From a virus (Duplodnaviria > Caudoviricetes), in the IMG/VR virus record IMGVR_UViG_3300028624_000003, positions 96,001 to 160,000 of that record: a stretch of DNA of 64,000 nt; one strand, given 5' to 3'. Positions 58,138 through 64,000 of the stretch are shown here, one piece after another (position 1 is the first letter of the stretch; each line of letters begins with the position of its first letter). The position numbers and the translations under genes were made by a program. The notes below the pieces were generated by a model. The model was not told the DNA's origin. It saw only the letters and a list, made by a program, of their open reading frames with translations, and did no database searches.

Positions 58138-58494
58138 ATGGCTGACAAGAGTGACAAATGGTTCTGGTTCATGCTTCCTCTTATCCCTATCACAATCGTA
58201 CTCTACGATATATCGATGACCAGACATTCTTCGAGTACCGAAGTCTCTGCAGTGGTACAGCAGAAGGTATCTCAGCAAGTAAACGAAACCATTCCCGGGT
58301 ACCGTGTGGTAAGCTACAGAAAAGAACTCAGCAGTCCGTGCGCAATGAACGAACGTGGTATGACGTTTGTCGCTGCGCAAGAAACTGAAGATGGGATCTT
58401 CATGAAAGATCATATCGTACTCGGCATCGCATGTCTCAAAGACAGTGCAACAGACGTGTCTTCTGTGTATATCGACACGAATATCAGACGATGA
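58138..58494 (+). CDS. Hypothetical membrane-anchored protein
   Basis: N-terminal WFWFMLPLIPITIVLY; GAGGAG RBS. Confidence 0.6.
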   Translation: MADKSDKWFWFMLPLIPITIVLYDISMTRHSSSTEVSAVVQQKVSQQVNETIPGYRVVSYRKELSSPCAMNERGMTFVAAQETEDGIFMKDHIVLGIACLKDSATDVSSVYIDTNIRR

Positions 58495-58532
58495 GAATAG
58501 GAGTAGGAGGTCCTCACGGGCCTCCTCTCCAT

Positions 58533-59765
58533 TTATTTTTTGTTAAGCCACCACTCGAGAGACTTCTTCAGTCGAATATGTTCTTCTAGACATTTTCTCA
58601 GTTCAGTATTACCCGCCGAAGTGATATGATTTCTCTTCATCAGCGAATCACTATTCATTGCGTAGAGATCGTCTATGTTCTCTACACAAAAACGAATCCA
58701 CTGTTCTGTCTTTTCTTTGCTGACTAATGGAGCTAGAATTGCGTATGGGCTAGGACACTCATGAATCTGTTCGGGAAGAGGACCCAGTCCAATGTAGTCA
58801 GGAAGTCGATCTTTGTGTGTCAGTCCGAGATCAATGAGAGAATCTACGTAGTTCACAAAATTCATGAACACATGAGTAGGTTCTATTAGTCGAATCGCTT
58901 CGAGATACTGTCTCTTGGAAAACGTAGCAATACGCATTACTCTCTTTGTGACTGTCGTATATTCCTTTTCTACTCCGAGATCTTCGAATGTGATTTCTTC
59001 GGAGTCATCGAAGAATGGCCCAGAGTTACCTACTTCAATCCCATCACGTGTAGGGTTGCCCACACGAATAGGAAACGTACGGAAACTGAGGATGACATTA
59101 CCACAGTACTTGGGATGTAATCCCAGTTCACCGAGTATTGTCGCAGGAAGTACCGATCTCGATGTGCAGTGAGGATAGTTCAGACCATGGTTTAGATCCA
59201 GTCCCAATCCTTGACCAGTTTCTACCATTACACGGTAACCAGGGATCTCTTGAATATCACGACGAATGTCGTACTTACGAACGTACTCAGTGAGTCTAGG
59301 GTCGTGCTCTGCTACTAATCCAGTACGCATTATCTTGGCAGCTCTAGCTGCTCCAGATCCGGATTGAGTAGATGCTATTTTCTCGATGCCACCATGCGCA
59401 GCTTCTACTTCTTTGTCTTTCTGTGTGATGATGGCAGCACGAGGATGAATAAATACTCTGCCGTCGTCGATGTTGAACTCATCCATCTCCTTCATCAGTA
59501 GATCATAATCGATGACTGAATCTGCTGAGAAGTATACCCCGCATCTGTCATGAATTATGGCTGCCACTGGAATGAGATGGGTGACGTGTTTCTTGCCATT
59601 CCAGTAAAAGGTATGTCCTGCATTTGGAGAAGTAGTGCTACATGCCAGATGTACGATAGGAGCATCCATAGCTATTCTACAAGCAAGAGCTCCTTTACCT
59701 GTACTACCGAACGATCCATCGATGATCATGTTGACTTTATTAGGAAGAAGAAATGATTCGAACAT
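58533..59765 (-). CDS. purZ: PurZ-type N6-succino-2-amino-dAMP synthetase (adenylosuccinate synthetase paralog)
   Basis: DGSFGSTGKG (Ser where PurA has GDEGKG); SPNAGHT; ASTQSGSG; YPHCTSR; RTFPIRVGN; SGPFFDDSEE; EYTTVTK; FMNFVNY in place of PurA TKLD; GGAGG RBS. Confidence 0.85.
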   Translation of the reverse strand: MFESFLLPNKVNMIIDGSFGSTGKGALACRIAMDAPIVHLACSTTSPNAGHTFYWNGKKHVTHLIPVAAIIHDRCGVYFSADSVIDYDLLMKEMDEFNIDDGRVFIHPRAAIITQKDKEVEAAHGGIEKIASTQSGSGAARAAKIMRTGLVAEHDPRLTEYVRKYDIRRDIQEIPGYRVMVETGQGLGLDLNHGLNYPHCTSRSVLPATILGELGLHPKYCGNVILSFRTFPIRVGNPTRDGIEVGNSGPFFDDSEEITFEDLGVEKEYTTVTKRVMRIATFSKRQYLEAIRLIEPTHVFMNFVNYVDSLIDLGLTHKDRLPDYIGLGPLPEQIHECPSPYAILAPLVSKEKTEQWIRFCVENIDDLYAMNSDSLMKRNHITSAGNTELRKCLEEHIRLKKSLEWWLNKK

Positions 59766-59846
59766 ATCGAAGTCCTCCGAAATACTGTGTGTATTATTGC
59801 TACTTCTCGTAAGAATTGATTTCTACGTACTGGACAAAAATACACA

Positions 59847-59864
59847 AATATATTACTAAACTGA
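59847..59864 (+). promoter_or_regulatory. Putative early promoter
   Basis: AATATATTAC-TAAAC-TGA. Confidence 0.65.
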
Positions 59865-59916
59865 TAGACCTTACGTAATTTTGATCTACACGTGTATTTC
59901 AAAGGAGGTGAGCCAT

Positions 59917-60036
59917 GTGGAGCCAATATTTTACATTATTGCAGTCATTCTAATGACTATCATTATTCTGGTTAAGATCGTAAAGCCGTCAGAGATTTCT
60001 CTTAAGATTAATCTCGCTAAGCCGCGGTGGAATTAA
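59917..60036 (+). CDS. 39-aa membrane peptide (not in the ORF track)
   Basis: AAGGAGGTGA RBS; GTG start; MEPIFYIIAVILMTIIILVKIVKPSEISLKINLAKPRWN; hairpin at about 60075-60102. Confidence 0.6.
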   Translation: MEPIFYIIAVILMTIIILVKIVKPSEISLKINLAKPRWN

Positions 60037-60147
60037 AACTCAAATCCAATTCAAAGTCCAAATAACATTCAAATGGAGAGTGTCCTTTGCTGGACACTCT
60101 CCGGATTGCTTTCATTTTTGTTTAAAGTAAAATCTGCCGGAGGTTCT

Positions 60148-60927
60148 ATGGAACGTAAATATCTGTGGGGCTGTCTAGGTGGCATGTACCTGCATATATC
60201 TGAACGCATGGACGAAGTCACCGATTCTGTGGCCATGTATACCACAGATCACCCACGAATCGATGCGCTGATGATAACGAGAGCAGGAGAGGTCACGACT
60301 GTAAACGTAAGTTCAAACATACGTGACATGGTCGAAGACGTCTTACTCAGTGGTCGTACAGACCAATTGATTCATAGCCAATTTACTAACAGAACGGGAG
60401 AAGTGGAAAACGTCGAGTTTATTGTCCGAGACCGTAAGCTTCACATCGTACTGAATGGGGTAACACTCATTTCGTTCGACCTCATGTATACCACAATCTC
60501 AGGACGTAACAGATTGGTCGGTAATCGCGGAGACTACGCAGCCATCACAATGTCGTGTGTCGAAGCTACCGCAGCAGCGATGACTGCAGGGTGCGGTGGT
60601 AGAATACAGTCCAGAGTATTCCGGATATTTCCAGAGTTTGTGGATGAGATAGGCATCAGCTATCTCGACATCTGGAATCTGGATGAAGATACGAAATGGT
60701 CGTACTACCCGAAAGCAAATTTCAATGACATGTACGGCCAAGAGTTGAAAGAAGCCATCGAAGACACGGTACACGACCCGAGACTGTTGGTTGTAGCCAT
60801 AGGGCCTTCATCAGCATGTCCCCTGATTGAGCTGACCGGTGTAAATTATACGGAGCTATATCGGACGACCATGTCAAACATCATTCATCTGGAACGAGCG
60901 TTCCGGGTGGGTATATTCAAACCATAA
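60148..60927 (+). CDS. Hypothetical protein
   Basis: ATG 60148 after GGAGG. Confidence 0.65.
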   Translation: MERKYLWGCLGGMYLHISERMDEVTDSVAMYTTDHPRIDALMITRAGEVTTVNVSSNIRDMVEDVLLSGRTDQLIHSQFTNRTGEVENVEFIVRDRKLHIVLNGVTLISFDLMYTTISGRNRLVGNRGDYAAITMSCVEATAAAMTAGCGGRIQSRVFRIFPEFVDEIGISYLDIWNLDEDTKWSYYPKANFNDMYGQELKEAIEDTVHDPRLLVVAIGPSSACPLIELTGVNYTELYRTTMSNIIHLERAFRVGIFKP

Positions 60928-61077
60928 CTACGGCGAGTGGAGGAGAGAATACCTCCACTCGTTTTAAATCTAAAAGGATGAACAAATGCAAACGATCCCT
61001 ATTGACATCGAAGTACTCGGCAAAGAAATCACACGACAAGTACAACAACATCCTGAACTCAATACAAAAAAGAGACA

Positions 61078-61893
61078 ATGGATGTGAGTAATACAGAAGG
61101 AGCATTGTTCGTACAAAATGGAGATACTTCGATCATGCTGTCACTGATATGCAAAGAAAGTAATGATCTGTACAAAGAACCAATCACGATACCTAACGGT
61201 ACTGTGGCCGTGTTTACTGACGGGAAGATGGCTGTTGTCATAAATCGTACGCTACTCACGGTATTGCAGACTATCGTAACAGAAGCTGAGCATGCGTTAA
61301 TCGAAGATGTCGAACTCGTATTAGATCCACATAAGGCTGAAGAAGTACTGACCGTGTTTGGTGTACTCGCACATGAACTTGGACACGTTCTTTCAGGACG
61401 CCCGACCAAGGACAACATGTCTCCTATTGATAACTGGAGCGACATGTGCGAAGATGAAACCATGGATGACTACCACCGCAGACTCGCTACAGAAATATCG
61501 AACGGTAGGTATCTAGAAATAGAACATGAAGCAGACGTATTTGCAGCAGCACTACTTCGCAGTAAGTATCCGCTGTACCGAGGTCACTTTGAGTTTCTTC
61601 ACCGAAAGTACTTACTAATCGATGCGTATTTTTGCAAGATCAATCAGATCCGAGCTCTGCGAGATGCTAACACACCCAAATACGCAAAGGTGACGTATAA
61701 CGGCAAGACTATTGAAGGTGATCCCAATACATTTACCTGGGGAATATGTCTTGTGAAAGAGACCGAAACGGAGCTCAAGTTCTTCAATCTGTCCTGTAGT
61801 GGGGATGAGGTGACTATCACTCTGATTAGTACGCTGGATAAATCGAAACTCAAACTCAATGAAAAGGATGAAGGTGAATCACATGCTGCGTAA
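61078..61893 (+). CDS. HExxH zinc metallopeptidase-like protein
   Basis: VLAHELGHV...EHEADVFAAALL. Confidence 0.7.
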   Translation: MDVSNTEGALFVQNGDTSIMLSLICKESNDLYKEPITIPNGTVAVFTDGKMAVVINRTLLTVLQTIVTEAEHALIEDVELVLDPHKAEEVLTVFGVLAHELGHVLSGRPTKDNMSPIDNWSDMCEDETMDDYHRRLATEISNGRYLEIEHEADVFAAALLRSKYPLYRGHFEFLHRKYLLIDAYFCKINQIRALRDANTPKYAKVTYNGKTIEGDPNTFTWGICLVKETETELKFFNLSCSGDEVTITLISTLDKSKLKLNEKDEGESHAA

Positions 61894-62461
61894 AGTATAT
61901 ACCGTTCTGACGTGCATCGGGTGGGCTATTCGTACTACCATTCATGCCAGGATTTTGGAACCTCGGAAGTTGCACCTGCGTGAACTCTTGGTACAGTTAA
62001 TTGCACAATTTCAGTGCATTTACAAACTACGTACGGATGGACTCAGTTGCTACACTTGGCCAGAAGGTACCACTCCAGTAATACCTGCATGGTGGATATT
62101 TGCATCCGACATCGTGGTTTACTTGATATCCGGATACCGAGAAATTCCGTGTGCTGCAGTTCACAGTGTGCTGATTTATGACGACGAAAACAAACCGCAG
62201 TTTGTGGTGGCTATTTTTCTGAATACCGCAAATGCATGCGCACCACACGATCTCACGACAGCTCTAGTGTATCATGAATTGGGTCACGTATTAGGTGCCA
62301 CCGACAGTGAACTGGACGCCGATTCCTACGCAGCGGACAATGGATACGCAGAGCCGCTGTATCATTGGCTTAGATCTATTGACTACGTCAATAACAAAGA
62401 AAGGTGCGATGCTTTGTATGATAGAATGCAGCTAGAAAAGAATGTCACTCAAGAAAATTGA
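61883..62461 (+). CDS. HExxH zinc metallopeptidase-like protein
   Basis: LVYHELGHV...ELDADSYAADNGY. Confidence 0.7.
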   Translation: MLRKVYTVLTCIGWAIRTTIHARILEPRKLHLRELLVQLIAQFQCIYKLRTDGLSCYTWPEGTTPVIPAWWIFASDIVVYLISGYREIPCAAVHSVLIYDDENKPQFVVAIFLNTANACAPHDLTTALVYHELGHVLGATDSELDADSYAADNGYAEPLYHWLRSIDYVNNKERCDALYDRMQLEKNVTQEN

Positions 62462-62511
62462 GGTATACATTACTTTCATGATGTACCCTACTCAAACAAA
62501 GGAGTTCGTTC

Positions 62512-62649
62512 ATGCCCGGATACCGTAAGCACAGTTGGCTAAAGCCATACCTCGCTCTGATCATCGTGATTTCGGTCTTGGTTGGTTGGGGGCAGTGGTA
62601 TGTCGCTTACCAGCCTTCCTCAATCATTTACGATCGAGTTCAGAGGTAG
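62512..62649 (+). CDS. 45-aa membrane peptide (not in the ORF track)
   Basis: Promoter motif 62464-62481; AAGGAG RBS; MPGYRKHSWLKPYLALIIVISVLVGWGQWYVAYQPSSIIYDRVQR. Confidence 0.6.
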   Translation: MPGYRKHSWLKPYLALIIVISVLVGWGQWYVAYQPSSIIYDRVQR

Positions 62650-62691
62650 TAGCAAAAATCTCCAATTTAACCGTTCGTAAGGAGTTACGAA

Positions 62692-62952
62692 ATGTCAAGT
62701 AAAGTTATCAAACACCTCGTGGCGATGATGGAAGACCCTACCACGACACGTGAGGATCTCAGACTCCTCAATGAACAAATCAGCAAAGGTTGGGCGCAAA
62801 ATAAGCAGCGCCCGAATGAAATATATACGAGGCCTACCAAAAAGGCCAAAAAGATGGATGCCGATGAAGAGACCGAAGAACTCGGTCAGACCGAGTACTA
62901 TCGGTGCACGACACGCCAACCTCTCTTCGTTGAAGGGGGACTGCGTCAATAA
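62692..62952 (+). CDS. Hypothetical protein
   Basis: AAGGAG RBS; terminator follows. Confidence 0.6.
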   Translation: MSSKVIKHLVAMMEDPTTTREDLRLLNEQISKGWAQNKQRPNEIYTRPTKKAKKMDADEETEELGQTEYYRCTTRQPLFVEGGLRQ

Positions 62953-62956
62953 CACG

Positions 62957-62985
62957 AAAGGGACCTTCGGGTCCCTTTATTTTTG
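62957..62985 (+). terminator. Intrinsic terminator with cUUCGg loop
   Basis: AAAGGGACC-TTCG-GGTCCCTTT-ATTTTTG. Confidence 0.85.
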
Positions 62986-63009
62986 TCACATCTGATCAGG
63001 AGAATTGTC

Positions 63010-63711
63010 ATGCAATTTGCAGAAAAAGTGCAACTATCTACAATTGACTACCCTCAACAAACATGCTCCGTGATTTATACTCTGGGGTGTAATCTGAGGT
63101 GCCCGTATTGCCACAACATCGGACTGGCCAAAGGTACTGAACCTTCCGTGGATCTAGATAAGATCATAAAGAAGCTCAAAAAGAATAGGAAAATCACGGA
63201 TTTCGTCTGCATCACAGGCGGAGAACCTACTTTGCAGAATGGGCTTGTACCATTCGTGAGATTCCTGAGAGACGAAGGATTCTTCGTCAAGCTGGATACC
63301 AACGGAACCCGTAGCGATATTCTCAAAATGCTACTGGACCAAAATCTCCTGACTTACGTGGCGATGGATATCAAATTCCACAGCAATGAGCACGCACAGA
63401 ACTTCGGTACCAACGAGAAGTACTTGGAGCAAGTGTACAAGTCGATCAAACTACTCTATGAAAGCTCATGTCAATTCGAGTTACGTACGACTCCGATCCG
63501 AGATGTCAACAGCATGGAGTTCTTCTCCACCGTCAGCAAGCTGGTCGATTCTTTGGCAAAGGAGTATCGTCACTATGCTCCGTGGTACATCAATACCACA
63601 AAGCCTGCGTATAACGTAGACGAGCGCGATATTCTGAGCGAAGATGACCTCAACAAGATGATCGATTCCACTAACAGCAAATGCACCGGTGTTAGAATCA
63701 CCGTACGGTAA
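63010..63711 (+). CDS. nrdG: Anaerobic RNR activating enzyme (radical SAM)
   Basis: STIDYP; GCNLRCPYCHN (CxxxCxxC); ITGGEPTLQ; KLDTNGT; AMDIK; ELRTT. Confidence 0.9.
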   Translation: MQFAEKVQLSTIDYPQQTCSVIYTLGCNLRCPYCHNIGLAKGTEPSVDLDKIIKKLKKNRKITDFVCITGGEPTLQNGLVPFVRFLRDEGFFVKLDTNGTRSDILKMLLDQNLLTYVAMDIKFHSNEHAQNFGTNEKYLEQVYKSIKLLYESSCQFELRTTPIRDVNSMEFFSTVSKLVDSLAKEYRHYAPWYINTTKPAYNVDERDILSEDDLNKMIDSTNSKCTGVRITVR

Positions 63712-63857
63712 TAAAGATGCGGAGATGGGTAAAACACCATCTCCGTGTCTATTTGCACAAATGTGCAACTATATTACAGACCCTGCTCGTTCGTCGGTAA
63801 TTGAAATATACATTACTAACATGACGAGCCTCATTAACTTTAACAGGAGGATAGGGT

Positions 63858-64000
63858 ATGCTTTGGAGTAACTTCATCACCGCAATCGTGACTGCTGTAA
63901 TGATCTTTCTTTCTCCTTCGGAAGGAAATGTTGCAGTGCGTCATGAAGCTACGGCAGATGCAGCTACTCGTACAGAATTTCGTGCACCCATATCGCGCAC
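63858..64000 (+). CDS. Partial gene with a signal-peptide-like N-terminus
   Basis: Promoter motif 63807-63824; AGGAGG RBS; MLWSNFITAIVTAVMIFLSP. Confidence 0.55.
   Translation, partial: MLWSNFITAIVTAVMIFLSPSEGNVAVRHEATADAATRTEFRAPISR

Noticed and set aside
58533-59765. Ordinary PurA annotation
   Set aside because: Lacks the GDEGKG Asp and the TKLD GTP-specificity motif; has PurZ-type residues instead
61078-62461. Candidates for the missing DatZ HD-domain dATPase
   Set aside because: Motifs are HExxH zincin type, not HD phosphohydrolase
1-64000. Alternative genetic code
   Set aside because: Genes are full length under the standard code, and TAA, TAG and TGA all end confident genes

Overview
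This 64-kb window comes from a phiKZ-like, nucleus-forming jumbo phage (Chimalliviridae-type). The assignment rests on motifs and gene order; no database search was run. The core block contains UvsX/RecA (partial), virion and tail genes, probable chimallin (ChmA) directly upstream of the catalytic beta-prime subunit of the non-virion RNA polymerase (nvRNAP), SbcD, probable ChmC / gp68-like / PicA / gp70-like genes, further nvRNAP beta and beta-prime subunits and an SF2 helicase. Main observations: (1) a PurZ-type enzyme (GSTGKG, SPNAGHT, NFxxY), with a DUF5664-like dATP/dGTP diphosphohydrolase, a MazG-like pyrophosphatase and NrdD/NrdG, suggests a 2-aminoadenine (Z) DNA pathway in a chimallin phage. 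(2) The RNAP catalytic NADFDGD motif is split over three exons by two tandem HNH-encoding group I introns flanking a 9-nt microexon (GATTTCGAT = DFD). (3) NrdD carries two inteins, one possibly a Pro-initiated class-3-like intein at the active-site cysteines. (4) A tail-fibre-tip-like protein carries an animal-type thrombospondin-1 repeat. (5) A promoter motif TATAYATYAC-N5-TGA occurs 12 times, and there is a family of long intergenic hairpins.
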